A stretch of 64,000 bases of DNA from an uncultured Thermotogaceae bacterium (GCA_964603015.1 CAZRTN010000001.1:16864-80863), one strand, 5' to 3'; positions 40,594 to 53,157 are shown, counted from the first letter of the stretch. Notes: generated from the letters alone by a model not told the origin. Program-made: numbers and translations.

Positions 40594-41833
40594 AAGCAAG
40601 GTAAAACAACAAAAAGTTGATGATGCAATTAAAAAATTAGGAAATATTGAAATAGTAGATGATGATAAGGTAAAAATAAAAAGGGATAAAGAAAAATATA
40701 CAAAAAAACTATCAAAAATGCTCCAAGATATTAGAAAAAAAGCAAAACAAAATGACAAAAAATTAACATATGAAATGATAGATAAATACATACCTCAAGA
40801 AATGTCAGATTTAATAGATAGCGATTTCATTGAAAAATTATATACAATATTAGAAGAAGATGGTATAGAAATAATCGAAGAAGATAATATAGAGGAAGCA
40901 AAAGAAGAATTATCCAATGAAAATAATGAAGAAATAGTTAAAGTCTTAGGTAATGCATTTCAAATGTATGATAATATATCTTTAAATGATCCTATAAAAA
41001 TTTATCTAAAAGAAATAGGGAGAATAGGTCTTCTAACTCCAAGAAGAGAAAGATTAATAGCTCAAAGAGCTAACAAAGGCGATAGAAAATCAAGAGATTT
41101 ATTAATAAAAGCAAATTTAAGACTTGTTATAAGTATTGCAAAAAGATATACTAATAGAGGATTAAGTTTTTTAGATTTAATACAAGAAGGAAATATAGGC
41201 CTGATTAAAGCAGTTAATAAGTTTGATTGGAAAAAAGGTTTTAAATTCTCAACATATGCAACTTGGTGGATTAGACAAGCTATCACAAGAGCTATTGCTG
41301 ATCAAGCTAGAACTATTAGAATACCTGTTCATATGGTTGAAACTATAAATAGATTGAATAAAGTAATTAGAGAATATTTACAAGAACACGGTGAATATCC
41401 TTCAAATGAAGAATTATCAAAATTGATGGACAAACCAGTGGAAAAAATAGATGAAATACTTATGGCAGCTAGAGAAACAATATCAGCTGATTCTCCAATT
41501 GGAGGTTCTGATGATGATGATACTTCTATTGGTGATTTTTTAGCTGACAATAATGCAGATCAACCTGAAGAAGCTGCTGTAAAAATGATTTTAAGAGAAG
41601 AAATAGAAAAAATATTAGATACATTACAACCAAAAGAAGCTACAGTTTTAAAAATGAGATATGGATTACTTGATGGGAAAGTAAAAACTCTTGAAGAGGT
41701 AGGGAAATTTTTTAATGTGACAAGGGAAAGAATTAGACAAATAGAAGTAAAAGCTTTGAGAAAGTTAAGACATCCAAGCAGAAGTACACAATTGAAAGAA
41801 CTAAGCAATATGTTAGGTAAGAAAATTCTTTGA
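40586..41833 (+). CDS. rpoD: Primary sigma factor
   Basis: [43 protein letters not shown]. Confidence 0.97.
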   Translation: MAKSKVKQQKVDDAIKKLGNIEIVDDDKVKIKRDKEKYTKKLSKMLQDIRKKAKQNDKKLTYEMIDKYIPQEMSDLIDSDFIEKLYTILEEDGIEIIEEDNIEEAKEELSNENNEEIVKVLGNAFQMYDNISLNDPIKIYLKEIGRIGLLTPRRERLIAQRANKGDRKSRDLLIKANLRLVISIAKRYTNRGLSFLDLIQEGNIGLIKAVNKFDWKKGFKFSTYATWWIRQAITRAIADQARTIRIPVHMVETINRLNKVIREYLQEHGEYPSNEELSKLMDKPVEKIDEILMAARETISADSPIGGSDDDDTSIGDFLADNNADQPEEAAVKMILREEIEKILDTLQPKEATVLKMRYGLLDGKVKTLEEVGKFFNVTRERIRQIEVKALRKLRHPSRSTQLKELSNMLGKKIL

Positions 41834-41852
41834 AATAAAGGGGATCTTCTAA

Positions 41853-43823
41853 ATGGAAGAAAATAAAAAAATATTTGAAATAAAAAAAGAAATTCCGAAT
41901 TTTTTAAAAGAAAATCTAGATGAAGAACAACTAGATGCAGTTATTAATTCTAAAGGTAATTCTTTAATAATTGCAGGACCAGGTTCAGGAAAGACTAGAG
42001 TTATTACCTATAAAATAGCTTATTTATTAACTCAAGGTGTAAAAGCAAATGAAATAATGCTTGTTACATTTACAAGAGCTGCAGCCAAACAAATGACAGA
42101 AAGAATTAGAAATGCTACTGACAAAGATATAAGTGGAATTACTGCAGGAACTTTTCACCATGTATGTAATGCAATTTTAAGAAGATATTCAAAGACAATA
42201 GGTTATGAAAATAATTTTTCTATATTAGATGCTGAAGATGCAAAAGACCTTCTAAAAATAATCAGAAATGAGTACAAGGAAGGTATGGGTGAATTAGGTA
42301 AAAAATTCCCGAAAGAATCGGTAATTCAAAAAGTTATATCGTATGCTTCTAATACATTAAAATCAATAAGAGAAAGTATTCTTGAAATAGCACCATATTT
42401 GATTGATTTTGAAAACGATATAGAACATATATGGGGAAATTATCAAGAAATGAAAAAAAATATAAATGCTATGGATTATGATGATCTTCTTGTTAATACT
42501 GCTCATTTATTATCTTTTAATAAAAGAGCGTTGAATGATATATCTTCTAAATATAAATATGTATTGGTAGATGAATTTCAAGATACTAATAAAATACAAC
42601 TTGAAATCGTTCAAGCAATCAGTTCTAATTCAAAGAATCTTATAGTAGTGGGTGATGATTCACAAAGTATATACTCATTTAGAGGTGCTAGATACGAGAA
42701 TGTAGAAGAATTCATAAAAAATGAAAATACAAAACTTTTTAAAATTCAAACTAATTATAGAAGTACTCCGGATTTAGTTTCTTTTATAAATAAAATGCTA
42801 CCAAGTAATTCAGTTGAAAAAAATTTAAAATCAGTAAGAAAAGAATATATAAAGCCAAATATAATTGAAACTTTTGATGATTTAGAGCAATCTGAAGCTG
42901 TTTTGAAAATTATAGAAAATAAAATTGATGAAGAAATTGATTTAAACGAAATTGCCATTCTATATAGATCTCACGCATTATCTATGACACTTCAACAAAA
43001 ATTAGATACAAGACAAATTCCATATAGATTGTTATCTGGAAAAAGATTTATAGAAACAAAGCATATAAAAGATATTTTATCTTTTTTAAAAATATCATAT
43101 AATCCTTATGATAATGTATCTTGGAATAGATCTTTAAAACTTTTTAGTGGAATAGGTGTAAAAACAGCTTCAAATATATATAAATCTTTGACTTCTCAGC
43201 TAAAAGAAGGTATAAATATACTTGACGCACTGGAAAATACAAAACTAAAAAAATTCAAAGAACCATATAACTTTTATTTCAAGCTGTTTGAAAAAAATAA
43301 TGATAAACCTGATGAAATAATTAATTATGTTTTCGAAGAATTCTATAAAGAATACTCAAATTTAACTTTTAGAAATTCAGCTTCAAGAAATATGGATGTT
43401 GAAAGATTTCAAGATATATCCTCTCAATATGATTCATTGATGAATTTTTTACAAGAAATGACTTTAAGTGAAAACATTACAGTAAAATCAGCGGAAAGAG
43501 ACCAAAAAGAAGATCAAATTACTTTGACAACAGTACATGGAGCAAAAGGACTTGAATGGAAAGTTGTAATATTAATTTCTGCCAATCCAGGAGATTTTCC
43601 AAATGGAATGGCAATAAAAGAAAAAAAACTTGATGAAGAAGAGAGACTTTTTTACGTGGCTATTACAAGGGCAAAAGATGAATTATATATATTAAAACAA
43701 ATAACAGGTTCAACAAATCCATTTATGAGTAATTCATATGTTTTTGTAAAAAAAGAACATGATTTTGTTAAAAATATTCCAGAGAATTTAGTAGAAATAC
43801 TCAGAACAAGTTATAAATATTAA
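41853..43823 (+). CDS. UvrD/PcrA-family SF1 DNA helicase
   Basis: AGPGSGKT, DEFQD, VGDDSQSIYSFRG, NYRS, HGAKGLEW, EERLFYVAITRA. Confidence 0.93.
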   Translation: MEENKKIFEIKKEIPNFLKENLDEEQLDAVINSKGNSLIIAGPGSGKTRVITYKIAYLLTQGVKANEIMLVTFTRAAAKQMTERIRNATDKDISGITAGTFHHVCNAILRRYSKTIGYENNFSILDAEDAKDLLKIIRNEYKEGMGELGKKFPKESVIQKVISYASNTLKSIRESILEIAPYLIDFENDIEHIWGNYQEMKKNINAMDYDDLLVNTAHLLSFNKRALNDISSKYKYVLVDEFQDTNKIQLEIVQAISSNSKNLIVVGDDSQSIYSFRGARYENVEEFIKNENTKLFKIQTNYRSTPDLVSFINKMLPSNSVEKNLKSVRKEYIKPNIIETFDDLEQSEAVLKIIENKIDEEIDLNEIAILYRSHALSMTLQQKLDTRQIPYRLLSGKRFIETKHIKDILSFLKISYNPYDNVSWNRSLKLFSGIGVKTASNIYKSLTSQLKEGINILDALENTKLKKFKEPYNFYFKLFEKNNDKPDEIINYVFEEFYKEYSNLTFRNSASRNMDVERFQDISSQYDSLMNFLQEMTLSENITVKSAERDQKEDQITLTTVHGAKGLEWKVVILISANPGDFPNGMAIKEKKLDEEERLFYVAITRAKDELYILKQITGSTNPFMSNSYVFVKKEHDFVKNIPENLVEILRTSYKY

Positions 43824-43864
43824 AACTCATAAAACAATTAAAATATAATGTTAACCCAAATTAA

Positions 43865-43893
43865 TTGAAATTTAAAATTTAATAATGTAGAAT
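43865..43893 (+). promoter_or_regulatory. Putative sigma-A promoter of the str operon
   Basis: TTGAAA-17 nt-TAGAAT. Confidence 0.65.
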
Positions 43894-43939
43894 ATAACGT
43901 GGTATTTTAAAAATAAAACGGAAGGAGGGCAAATAATTA

Positions 43940-44314
43940 ATGCCTACAATTAATCAATTGATTCGTCATGGTAGAAAGCAAACAAAAAAGAAAACAAAGT
44001 CACCAGCTTTGAAATCAAATCCTCAAAAAAGAGGAGTTTGTGTAAGGGTTTCAACAATGACACCTAAAAAACCAAACTCAGCTTTGAGAAAAATAGCAAG
44101 GGTTAGACTTTCAAACGGTATAGAAGCAACATCTTATATTCCTGGTGAAGGACACAATCTCCAAGAACATTCTAACGTATTGTTAAGGGGTGGAAGAACT
44201 AGAGACCTTCCAGGTGTTAGATATAAGGTAATTAGAGGAACATTAGATACAGCTGGAGTTGACGGAAGAAGACAGTCAAGAAGTAAATATGGTACAAAGA
44301 GACCTAAAGAATAA
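43940..44314 (+). CDS. rpsL: 30S ribosomal protein S12
   Basis: [24 protein letters not shown]. Confidence 0.98.
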   Translation: MPTINQLIRHGRKQTKKKTKSPALKSNPQKRGVCVRVSTMTPKKPNSALRKIARVRLSNGIEATSYIPGEGHNLQEHSNVLLRGGRTRDLPGVRYKVIRGTLDTAGVDGRRQSRSKYGTKRPKE

Positions 44315-44329
44315 GGAGGGTTGAACTGA

Positions 44330-44797
44330 ATGAGAAGAAGAAGAGCAGAAAAAAGAAAAATAATCGCTGATCCAATTTATAATGATGAATTGATCACAAA
44401 ATTAGTAAATAGAGTTATGTTAGATGGACAAAAATCAAAAGCACAAAAAATAGTTTATGGTGCCTTAGAAGTATTAAAAGAAAAAACTGGAGAAGATGCA
44501 GTTGAATCCTTCCATAAAGCTATAGAAAATGTAAAACCATTAGTAGAAGTTAGATCAAGAAGAATTGGTGGTGCTACATACCAAGTACCTTTTGAGGTTG
44601 CTGAAAGAAGAGCATTGTCTTTAGCTTTAAGATGGATTGTTATGTCTGCTAGAGCTAAACAAGGAAGACCAATGATTGATAGATTATCACAAGAATTAAT
44701 TGATGCATACAACAGCGTTGGTGCTGCTGTAAAAAGAAAAGATGACGTTCATAAAATGGCTGATGCTAACAAGGCATTCGCACACTACAGATGGTAA
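44330..44797 (+). CDS. rpsG: 30S ribosomal protein S7
   Basis: [21 protein letters not shown]. Confidence 0.98.
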   Translation: MRRRRAEKRKIIADPIYNDELITKLVNRVMLDGQKSKAQKIVYGALEVLKEKTGEDAVESFHKAIENVKPLVEVRSRRIGGATYQVPFEVAERRALSLALRWIVMSARAKQGRPMIDRLSQELIDAYNSVGAAVKRKDDVHKMADANKAFAHYRW

Positions 44798-44814
44798 TAT
44801 AGGAGGGAGTAGAC

Positions 44815-46902
44815 TTGAAAGAGAGAAAATTAACCCTCGATAAAATTAGAAATATCGGGATTATAGCACATATAGATGCAGGAAAGACAACTACAACTGA
44901 AAGAATTTTATTCTATACAGGATCAAAACATAAAATTGGTTCTGTTGATGACGGAACTGCTGAAATGGACTGGATGGAACAAGAAAAAGAAAGAGGTATA
45001 ACTATAACCTCTGCTGCTACTACAGCTTTTTGGAAAGATTATAGAATAAACATAATTGATACACCCGGTCACGTGGACTTTACTGTTGAAGTTGAAAGAG
45101 CTTTAAGAATACTTGATGGTGCCGTTGCTGTATTCGATGCTCAAGTTGGAGTTGAACCACAATCAGAAACAGTTTGGAGACAGGCAGATAAATATAATGT
45201 ACCAAGAATAGCATTTATGAACAAGATGGATAAAATGGGTGCAAACTTCTTTAATGCAGTTCAAACAATGGTTGATAAATTAGGAACTAACCCTATTGCC
45301 ATGCAAGTACCTATAGGTTCAGAAAATGATTTTAAGGGTGTTGTTGATTTAGTTACTATGAAAGCTTATGTATGGAATTCTGAAGATGGAATGGACTTTG
45401 AAGAAACAGCAATTCCTGAAGACCTAAAAGAAATATCTGAAGAAAAAAGAGAAGATTTAATAGCAGCAGCAGCTGAATTTGATGAAGAATTAATGGAATT
45501 ATATATAGGTGGAGAAGAAATAAAAGAAGAACAACTTAAAGCTGCAATTAGAAAAGGTACATTAGATAATAATCTAATACCTGTTTATTGTGGAACAGCA
45601 TTTAAAAACAAAGCAGTACAACCTGTTTTAAATGCTATAGTTGATTATTTACCTTCTCCTTTAGAAATGCCACCAGTTCATGCATTTGATGAACAAACAG
45701 GAGAATTTATAAAAGAAGTTGAACCAACTAAAAATGAAGACTTCTTAGCATTAGCTTTTAAAATTATGGTGGATCCTTTTGTTGGGAAACTAACTTTTAT
45801 GAGAGTTTATTCTGGTTCTTTAGAAAAAGGAAGTTATGTAATAAATACAACAAAAGGTAAAAAAGAAAGAATTTCAAGATTAATGTTTATGCATTCAGAT
45901 AAGAGAGAAGAAGTAGACTATGTAAGAGCTGGAGATATTGTTGGTGTTGTTGGTTTAAAAGACACTGCTACTGGTGATACGCTTGCTTCAGAAAATTCAG
46001 ATTTAATTCTTGAAAAATTAGAATTCCCTGAACCAGTTATAAGTGTTTCAATAGAACCTGAAACAAAAAATGACGAACAAAAATTATCTAAAGCTTTAGC
46101 AGGACTTACTGATGAAGACCCAAGTCTTACTGCTTACGTAGATCATGATACTGGAGAAACAATTCTTTCAGGAATGGGAGAATTACATCTTGAAATTATA
46201 GTTGATAGAATTAAAAGAGAACACAAAGTAGATGTAAAAGTTGGTCAACCACAAGTTGCTTACAGAGAAACTATAAAACAAGAAGCAGATGTTGAAACTA
46301 AATATGTTAGACAATCTGGTGGTAAAGGTCAATATGGACATGTTAAACTTAAATTAGAACCATTAGTTACAGATGAAGATAAAAACTTTGAATTTGTTGA
46401 TAAAATAGTTGGTGGAGTTATTCCTAAGGAATATATACCAGCTGTTCAAAATGGTATAAAAGAATCAATGCAAAATGGAATTTTAGCGGGTTATCCAATG
46501 GTAAATGTGAAAGCTACATTGTATGATGGTTCATACCATGATGTTGACTCTTCTGAAATGGCATTTAAAATAGCTGGATCAATGGCTTATAAAGATGCAG
46601 CTAAAAAAGCAAAACCTGTTTTATTGGAACCAGTAATGAAAGTTGACGTAACTACTCCTGAGGATTACATGGGAGACATTATAGCCGACTTAAACTCAAG
46701 AAGAGGTAGAATAGACGGTTTTGACAATGTTGGTGGTTCTAACACAAGAATAGTACACGCTTTTGTTCCTTTATCAGAATTGTTTGGATATGCAACTGCT
46801 ATGAGATCCCTTTCTCAAGGTAGAGCTACTAATTCTATCCAGTTTGCAAAATATGAAGAAGTACCAGCAAATGTTGCTGAAAAAATAATAAATCAAGAAT
46901 AA
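44815..46902 (+). CDS. fusA: Elongation factor G
   Basis: [34 protein letters not shown] start. Confidence 0.98.
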   Translation: MKERKLTLDKIRNIGIIAHIDAGKTTTTERILFYTGSKHKIGSVDDGTAEMDWMEQEKERGITITSAATTAFWKDYRINIIDTPGHVDFTVEVERALRILDGAVAVFDAQVGVEPQSETVWRQADKYNVPRIAFMNKMDKMGANFFNAVQTMVDKLGTNPIAMQVPIGSENDFKGVVDLVTMKAYVWNSEDGMDFEETAIPEDLKEISEEKREDLIAAAAEFDEELMELYIGGEEIKEEQLKAAIRKGTLDNNLIPVYCGTAFKNKAVQPVLNAIVDYLPSPLEMPPVHAFDEQTGEFIKEVEPTKNEDFLALAFKIMVDPFVGKLTFMRVYSGSLEKGSYVINTTKGKKERISRLMFMHSDKREEVDYVRAGDIVGVVGLKDTATGDTLASENSDLILEKLEFPEPVISVSIEPETKNDEQKLSKALAGLTDEDPSLTAYVDHDTGETILSGMGELHLEIIVDRIKREHKVDVKVGQPQVAYRETIKQEADVETKYVRQSGGKGQYGHVKLKLEPLVTDEDKNFEFVDKIVGGVIPKEYIPAVQNGIKESMQNGILAGYPMVNVKATLYDGSYHDVDSSEMAFKIAGSMAYKDAAKKAKPVLLEPVMKVDVTTPEDYMGDIIADLNSRRGRIDGFDNVGGSNTRIVHAFVPLSELFGYATAMRSLSQGRATNSIQFAKYEEVPANVAEKIINQE

Positions 46903-46907
46903 TTAGG

Positions 46908-46936
46908 TTGAAGTCTATATAAAAATAATGTATAAT
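46908..46936 (+). promoter_or_regulatory. Putative internal promoter for tuf
   Basis: TTGAAG-17 nt-TATAAT in the fusA-tuf spacer. Confidence 0.7.
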
Positions 46937-46984
46937 TTGAGATGATGTAAAAATTTTCATTAAATACAAGGAGGGAATCCTAGA

Positions 46985-48184
46985 ATGGCAAAAGAAAAAT
47001 TTGTAAGAGATAAGGTCCATATGAACATTGGTACAATTGGACATATTGACCACGGTAAAACTACATTAACTGCAGCTATAACTAAAAGTTTAGCATTAAA
47101 AGGTGGAGCTGATTTTACTCCATTTGATATGATCGATAAAGCCCCAGAGGAAAGATCAAGAGGTATTACAATTAATGTTACTCATGTTGAATACCAAACA
47201 GAAAACAGACATTATGCTCATATTGACTGTCCAGGACATGCTGACTATATTAAAAATATGATTACTGGTGCAGCTCAAATGGACGGAGCTATCTTGGTTG
47301 TTGCAGCTACTGATGGTGTAATGCCACAAACTAGAGAACATGTTCTTTTAGCAAGACAAGTTAACGTACCTGCAATAGCAGTATTCATTAATAAAACTGA
47401 TATGGTTGAAGATGAAGAATTAATTGAATTAGTTGAAATGGAAGTTAGAGAATTATTATCAAGCTATGAATTCCCAGGTGACGATGTTCCAGTTGTACAA
47501 GGATCAGCTTTAAAAGCATTAGAAGAAGCAGACGATGTTGACGAATGGAAATCACACATTTATAAATTGATGGATGAAGTTGATGCTTATTTCCCAGAAC
47601 CAGAAAGAGCAGCAGACCAACCATTCTTAATGCCTATAGAAGATATCTTTACAATAACAGGAAGAGGAACAGTTGTTACTGGAAGAATCGAAAGAGGTAC
47701 AGTTCATACAGGTGATGAAATAGAACTAGTTGGAGTAGGTAAAGAAATTTCTAAAACAGTATGTACTGGTGTAGAAATGTTTAGAAAAGAATTAGACGAA
47801 GGTACAGCTGGAGATAACGTTGGTATTTTGTTAAGAGGTAAAGGAAAAGACGACGTTAAAAGAGGACAAGTTCTAGCTAAACCAGGATCAATTACTCCTC
47901 ATAGTAGATTTAAAGCTGAAGTTTATGTATTAAAGAAAGAAGAAGGCGGAAGACATACTCCTTTCACAAAAGGTTATAGACCACAATTCTACATTAGAAC
48001 AGCTGATGTTACAGGAACTCTAGCTGAATTCGACGGTGGAGCAGAAATGGTTATGCCTGGTGACAACATTACAATGACAATTGAATTAATTTACCCAGTA
48101 GCTCTCGAAAATAATATGAGATTTGCTATCAGGGAAGGCGGAAGAACTGTTGGCGCTGGTGTTGTTACAGAAATAATAGAGTAA
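46985..48184 (+). CDS. tuf: Elongation factor Tu
   Basis: [31 protein letters not shown]. Confidence 0.98.
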   Translation: MAKEKFVRDKVHMNIGTIGHIDHGKTTLTAAITKSLALKGGADFTPFDMIDKAPEERSRGITINVTHVEYQTENRHYAHIDCPGHADYIKNMITGAAQMDGAILVVAATDGVMPQTREHVLLARQVNVPAIAVFINKTDMVEDEELIELVEMEVRELLSSYEFPGDDVPVVQGSALKALEEADDVDEWKSHIYKLMDEVDAYFPEPERAADQPFLMPIEDIFTITGRGTVVTGRIERGTVHTGDEIELVGVGKEISKTVCTGVEMFRKELDEGTAGDNVGILLRGKGKDDVKRGQVLAKPGSITPHSRFKAEVYVLKKEEGGRHTPFTKGYRPQFYIRTADVTGTLAEFDGGAEMVMPGDNITMTIELIYPVALENNMRFAIREGGRTVGAGVVTEIIE

Positions 48185-48230
48185 TAAAACAGAATTGAAA
48201 TAATTTAAAGTTAAAATATTTAAGGATTCC

Positions 48231-48257
48231 GGGGAGCGGATAGCTCCCCTTATTATT
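48231..48257 (+). terminator. GC-rich hairpin (terminator/attenuator) between tuf and rpsJ
   Basis: GGGGAGC-GGATA-GCTCCCC followed by TTATTATT. Confidence 0.65.
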
Positions 48258-48284
48258 GCAAAAAAAGGAGGCGTAGAATACCAT

Positions 48285-48593
48285 ATGGGGAAAAAATTTA
48301 TAAAAATAAGATTAAAAGCCTATGATCATAGATTATTAGATGATTCTTCTAAAAAAATAATCGATGCAGTAAAAGACTCGGATGTAAAACTATCTGGACC
48401 AATACCATTGCCAGTAGAAAAAAGTGTGTATTCAGTTATTAGATCACCACATAAATATTCCTACTCAATGGAACAATTTGAAAAAAGAGTACATAAAAGA
48501 GTTATTTACATATACGATGCTTCGTCTGAAACAGTAACTAAACTTTTAAAAGTTAAATTACCAGCAGGTGTTGCGGTAGACATAAAAGCATAA
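48285..48593 (+). CDS. rpsJ: 30S ribosomal protein S10
   Basis: IRLKAYDH, GPIPLP, RSPH, EQFE. Confidence 0.97.
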   Translation: MGKKFIKIRLKAYDHRLLDDSSKKIIDAVKDSDVKLSGPIPLPVEKSVYSVIRSPHKYSYSMEQFEKRVHKRVIYIYDASSETVTKLLKVKLPAGVAVDIKA

Positions 48594-48628
48594 AAAATTT
48601 AATAGATCGGGCTCTGGAGGTGTAATTA

Positions 48629-49258
48629 ATGAAAGGTATTTTAGGAAAGAAAGTTGGAATGACAAGAGTTTACAAAGATGGAAAGGCTATCCCGGTCACA
48701 GTTATCAAAGCTGGACCTTGTTTTGTTGTCCAAAAGAAAAATGTTGACAACGACGGATACAATTCTATTCAAATTGGTTATGATGAAATTCCTGAAAGAA
48801 AAGCAAAAAAACCTCTTACAGGACATTTTAAGAAAGCAGAATTAAAACCTATGAGACATTTACTTGAGATCAAAGTTGAAAACATTGATGATTATGAAAT
48901 TGGACAAGAAATTAAGGTAGATCTTTTTGAAGAAGGTGACAAAATAGATGTTATTGGTACTTCAAAAGGAAAGGGAACAGCTGGACATATTAAAAGATGG
49001 AATTTTAGCGGTGGAGAAAAAACACATGGTTCAAAATTCCATAGAGCATTAGGTTCAACAGGTAATGCATCATATCCTGCAAAAGTATTTAAAGGTAAGA
49101 AAATGGCAGGGCAATTAGGAAATCAAAAGACAACAGTACAAAATTCAGAAGTAGTATACTTAGACACAGAAAATGACATAATAGCGATTAAAGGTGGAGT
49201 TCCAGGAGCGAAGGGCGGATTAGTGTTTGTTAGAAACGCTATTAAAGTTAAAAAATAA
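48629..49258 (+). CDS. rplC: 50S ribosomal protein L3
   Basis: GKKVGMT, SKGKG, KGKKMAG, IKGGVPG. Confidence 0.97.
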   Translation: MKGILGKKVGMTRVYKDGKAIPVTVIKAGPCFVVQKKNVDNDGYNSIQIGYDEIPERKAKKPLTGHFKKAELKPMRHLLEIKVENIDDYEIGQEIKVDLFEEGDKIDVIGTSKGKGTAGHIKRWNFSGGEKTHGSKFHRALGSTGNASYPAKVFKGKKMAGQLGNQKTTVQNSEVVYLDTENDIIAIKGGVPGAKGGLVFVRNAIKVKK

Positions 49259-49293
49259 TAAACGCCCGAAAACGTGATAAGGAGGTAAGATGT

Positions 49294-49959
49294 ATGGCTA
49301 AAGTTGATGTACTGAACATTCAAGGTCAGAATGTTGAAACTTTAGAATTGAATGATAATATCTTTTCATTAGAACCTCATAAAGATCTAATGTATAGATA
49401 TTTAGACATGCAATTAACAAACAATAGAGCAGGAAATGCCTCAACAAAGACAAGAAATGAAGTTAGAGGTGGAGGAAGAAAACCATGGGCTCAAAAACAC
49501 ACTGGTAGAGCTAGAGCTGGATCAATAAGATCTCCTCTGTTCAGAAAAGGTGGGGTAACATTTGGTCCAAAACCTAGAAATTTTAGTAAAAAGATGAATA
49601 AAAAAATGAAAAGATTAGCATTAAAATCAGCTTTGAGTTTAAAATTGAGTGAAGGAAACATTATCTTTTTAGATGATATTTCTTTTGATGCTCCGAAAAC
49701 AAAAAACATGAAAGATGTATTATCTTCATTAGAAGTTTCAGGTAAAAAAGTATTAATAGTATTACCTTATAAAGAAGATAAATATGAAAATGTAAAATTA
49801 TCAGCAAAGAATATTTCTAAAACAAAAGTTATTGTTGCAGATAACCCAAATCAAGGGAAAGTAAATGTTGATGGATTAAATATTTTCGATTTAATAAACA
49901 ATGATAAAGTAATTCTTACCAAGAATATGGTAAAGAAAATTGAGGAGGTGCTCATATAA
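49294..49959 (+). CDS. rplD: 50S ribosomal protein L4
   Basis: [26 protein letters not shown]. Confidence 0.97.
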   Translation: MAKVDVLNIQGQNVETLELNDNIFSLEPHKDLMYRYLDMQLTNNRAGNASTKTRNEVRGGGRKPWAQKHTGRARAGSIRSPLFRKGGVTFGPKPRNFSKKMNKKMKRLALKSALSLKLSEGNIIFLDDISFDAPKTKNMKDVLSSLEVSGKKVLIVLPYKEDKYENVKLSAKNISKTKVIVADNPNQGKVNVDGLNIFDLINNDKVILTKNMVKKIEEVLI

Positions 49960-50255
49960 TGGAAAAAACAAGAGCATATGATGTAATTATAAAACCTATC
50001 CTCACAGAAAAAAGTTATATGATGATGCAAGAAAATAAATACACTTTTAAAGTAGCAAAAGATGCAAACAAAATAGAAATTAGAGAAGCAGCGGAATTGT
50101 TATTCAATGTAAAAGTTATTGATGTGAAAACTATGAACTATAAACCTAAACCTAAGAGATTAGGAAGAAGTGAAGGTTTTAGAAGTAGTTGGAAAAAAGC
50201 AATAATAAAACTTGCGGATGGCTATGTAATCAAAGAATTACAAGGCAACATGTAA
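49959..50255 (+). CDS. rplW: 50S ribosomal protein L23
   Basis: PILTEKS, ANKIEI, WKKAI. Confidence 0.96.
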   Translation: MEKTRAYDVIIKPILTEKSYMMMQENKYTFKVAKDANKIEIREAAELLFNVKVIDVKTMNYKPKPKRLGRSEGFRSSWKKAIIKLADGYVIKELQGNM

Positions 50256-50271
50256 TGAGAGGTGATAAATA

Positions 50272-51102
50272 ATGGCTCTTAAGAAGTTTAAACCATCAAC
50301 CCCATCAAGAAGATTTATGGTGATGGCAGATCAATCTGACTTAAGTAAAAATGGACCAGAGAAATCTCTATTAGCTCCTCTAAAAAGAACTTCCGGAAGA
50401 AATAATTACGGTAGAGTAACTATGAGACATAGAGGTGGAGGTCATAAAAGAAGATATAGAATCATTGACTTCAAAAGAAATAAATTTGATGTACCTGCAA
50501 AAGTAATTTCAATTGAATATGATCCAAACAGAAGCGCTAGAATTGCATTATTATATTACAATGATGGAGATAAAAGATATATTTTAGCTCCAAAAGGTTT
50601 AAAGGTAGGGGCAGTAATAATGAATGGTCCTAATGCAGAAATTAAACCTGGTAATGCAATGCCTCTAGAAAATGTACCTTTAGGTTCTATAGTTCACAAC
50701 ATAGAATTTGAACCTGGAAGAGGCGGAAAAATAGCTAAATCAGCTGGAACATATGCTCAGTTAATGGCTAAAGAAGGAAGATATGCATTATTAAGAATGC
50801 CATCAGGAGAATTAAGAAGAGTAAGAACAACTTGTATGTCTACTTTAGGTATGGTTGGAAATGGAGATCATATAAATGAAGTAGATGGTAAAGCAGGTAG
50901 AAAAAGATGGCAAGGTTGGAAATCCAAAGTTAGAGGTATGGTACAAAACCCAGTTGATCATCCAATGGGTGGAGGTGAAGGTGCTTCTAAAGGACATCTT
51001 CCAGTATCACCATGGGGTACTCCAGCAAAAGGATTTAAAACTAGAAGAGGTAAAAAACAAAGTGATAAATTCATAGTAAGAAGAAGAAGAAAAGGCAGAT
51101 AA
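50272..51102 (+). CDS. rplB: 50S ribosomal protein L2
   Basis: [29 protein letters not shown]. Confidence 0.98.
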   Translation: MALKKFKPSTPSRRFMVMADQSDLSKNGPEKSLLAPLKRTSGRNNYGRVTMRHRGGGHKRRYRIIDFKRNKFDVPAKVISIEYDPNRSARIALLYYNDGDKRYILAPKGLKVGAVIMNGPNAEIKPGNAMPLENVPLGSIVHNIEFEPGRGGKIAKSAGTYAQLMAKEGRYALLRMPSGELRRVRTTCMSTLGMVGNGDHINEVDGKAGRKRWQGWKSKVRGMVQNPVDHPMGGGEGASKGHLPVSPWGTPAKGFKTRRGKKQSDKFIVRRRRKGR

Positions 51103-51115
51103 GGGGGTGTTATGA

Positions 51116-51400
51116 GTGAGTAGATCATTGAAAAAGGGACCATATATACATAAAAGTCTCATAAAGAAAATAAGTTCAATGAACGAAAAAGGTGAAAAAA
51201 AAGTAATAAAAACATGGTCAAGAGCATCAATGATAATCCCTGAAATGGTTGGACATACAATAGCTGTTCATAACGGGATGAAACATATTCCTGTATACAT
51301 ATCAGAACAGATGATAGGACATAGATTAGGTGAATTTGCTCCAACTAGAAGATTTGGAGGTCACGTAGATAAAAAAGCAGCTAAGGGAAAGATGAAGTGA
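51116..51400 (+). CDS. rpsS: 30S ribosomal protein S19
   Basis: [27 protein letters not shown] start. Confidence 0.97.
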   Translation: MSRSLKKGPYIHKSLIKKISSMNEKGEKKVIKTWSRASMIIPEMVGHTIAVHNGMKHIPVYISEQMIGHRLGEFAPTRRFGGHVDKKAAKGKMK

Positions 51401-51413
51401 GGAGGTAATTCAA

Positions 51414-51854
51414 ATGGCTTCTAATGTTTCAAGAGTAAAAGACGGAAAAAAATTAAAAAGATCCGTTTATCATAAATTAAGAAAAGAAGAAGAAGCAGCA
51501 AAACCAAAAGTAGAAGCGAAAGCTGTAGCTAAATACATCAGAATGTCACCAAGCAAGGGTAGATCTACTGCCAACGCTATTAGGGGCAAAGACGTATCAG
51601 AAGCTCTTCAAATTTTAATGTTTAGCCCTAAAAAAGCGGCTAGAGTAATCTATAAAGTATTGATGAGTGCTATAGCAAATGCAGAAAATAATTTTGGGTT
51701 AAAAGCTGAAAATCTTATAGTTTCAGAAATAATGATCAATGAAGGCCCTAGAATGAAAAGATTATGGGCTAGAGGAAGAGGTAGAGCTGATATTTGGCAA
51801 AAAAGAATGTCTCATATACAAATTAAAGTAAAGGACAAAAACGCTGAAGAATAA
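51414..51854 (+). CDS. rplV: 50S ribosomal protein L22 with basic N-terminal extension
   Basis: [22 protein letters not shown]. Confidence 0.96.
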   Translation: MASNVSRVKDGKKLKRSVYHKLRKEEEAAKPKVEAKAVAKYIRMSPSKGRSTANAIRGKDVSEALQILMFSPKKAARVIYKVLMSAIANAENNFGLKAENLIVSEIMINEGPRMKRLWARGRGRADIWQKRMSHIQIKVKDKNAEE

Positions 51855-51871
51855 TAAGCGAGGTGAAATTT

Positions 51872-52504
51872 GTGGGTTCAAAAGTACATCCATATGGATT
51901 CAGAGTAGGTGTTTCCAAAGAATGGAAGTCGGTATGGTTCAGTGATAAGAACTATGACGAATACCTAAGTGAAGACAGACAAATTAGAGATCATATATAT
52001 AAAAAATATGAAAGAGCAGGAATCGCTGAAGTAATTATTCAAAGACCTGGTGATTCTTTAGTAAAAATAGATATACATGCTTCAAGAGTAGGAATGGTAA
52101 TAGGTAAAAAGGGTTCTGAAATTAAAGCATTAAGAGAAGAATTGAAGAAAATGATCAACAATAGAGCTATAAAAGTTTACGTTGAAGAAGTTAAAGTTCC
52201 TTACGCATCATCTCAATTAGTTTCAGAAGATGTAGCTGGACAATTGTTAAGAAGAGTTTCTCATAAAGTTGCAATGAAGAGAGCTATTTCAAATGCTATG
52301 AGAAGAGGTGTAAAAGGAATTAAAATAATGGTTTCTGGAAGATTAGGTGGAGCAGATATTGCTAGAACTGAATGGTACATGGAAGGAAGACTTCCTCTAC
52401 AAACATTAAGATCCAATATAGATTACACTTCAAAAGATGCTCAAACAAAATATGGAACCATTGGAATAAAAGTGTGGATCTATAAAGGTGACACACACTT
52501 ATGA
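51872..52504 (+). CDS. rpsC: 30S ribosomal protein S3
   Basis: GSKVHPYGFR, SGRLGGADIAR, GIKVWI. GTG 51872 after GAGGTG. Confidence 0.97.
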   Translation: MGSKVHPYGFRVGVSKEWKSVWFSDKNYDEYLSEDRQIRDHIYKKYERAGIAEVIIQRPGDSLVKIDIHASRVGMVIGKKGSEIKALREELKKMINNRAIKVYVEEVKVPYASSQLVSEDVAGQLLRRVSHKVAMKRAISNAMRRGVKGIKIMVSGRLGGADIARTEWYMEGRLPLQTLRSNIDYTSKDAQTKYGTIGIKVWIYKGDTHL

Positions 52505-52525
52505 ACCAAAGGAGGTAAATAAGCA

Positions 52526-52954
52526 ATGTTAATGCCAAAAAGGGTTAAATATAGAAGAGTTCACAGAGGTAATAACACTGGTATGACAAAAGGTGGAAGC
52601 TTAGTTCATTTTGGTGATTTTGGTTTAAAAGCATTAGAAGGCCAATGGATTACAGCTCAACAAATAGAAGCTTGTAGATTAGCTATGGTTAGAACTTTAA
52701 AAAGAAATGGTAAAATATGGATAAAAATATTCCCTGATAAATCAATAACTTCAAAAGGAATAGGTACTAGACAAGGTAAGGGTAAGGGAGATGTAGAAGG
52801 CTGGGTAGCTGTAGTTAAACCCGGTAAAGTACTTTTTGAAGTTGGGGGTGTAGACTCAGCGATTGCAAAAAGAGCACTTCATTATGCTGCAACAAAACTC
52901 CCGATAAGAACAAAGATCGTGCCCAGATATAAAATAGGGGGTGAAAAGTCATGA
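52526..52954 (+). CDS. rplP: 50S ribosomal protein L16
   Basis: [19 protein letters not shown]. Confidence 0.97.
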   Translation: MLMPKRVKYRRVHRGNNTGMTKGGSLVHFGDFGLKALEGQWITAQQIEACRLAMVRTLKRNGKIWIKIFPDKSITSKGIGTRQGKGKGDVEGWVAVVKPGKVLFEVGGVDSAIAKRALHYAATKLPIRTKIVPRYKIGGEKS

Positions 52955-53151
52955 AGGTAGTTGAGTTGAGAAACCTAACAGATGTTGAATTAACCCAAAA
53001 ATTCGAGGACACAAAGAAAAAATTATTCGAATTGAGATTTCAAGCAGAAATGGGACAATTGACAAACACATCTTCTATAAAAGACGTAAAAAGAGATATA
53101 GCAAGAGTAAAGACGATTTTAAGAGAAAGGGAATTGGGCATAAGGAGGTAA
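52951..53151 (+). CDS. rpmC: 50S ribosomal protein L29
   Basis: LFELRFQ...[10 protein letters not shown]. Confidence 0.96.
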   Translation: MKVVELRNLTDVELTQKFEDTKKKLFELRFQAEMGQLTNTSSIKDVKRDIARVKTILRERELGIRR

Positions 53152-53157
53152 TGTGCA

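Noticed and set aside
51414..51510. Basic N-terminal extension of L22
   Set aside because: As far as I recall this is a lineage trait shared with Thermotoga, so it is not novel.
51621..53033. Weaker stems inside rplV, rplP and rpmC (e.g. TTTAGCC/GGCTAGA, AATTCGAG/TTCGAATT)
   Set aside because: They are short and depend on G-U pairs, so I cannot separate them from chance without computation.
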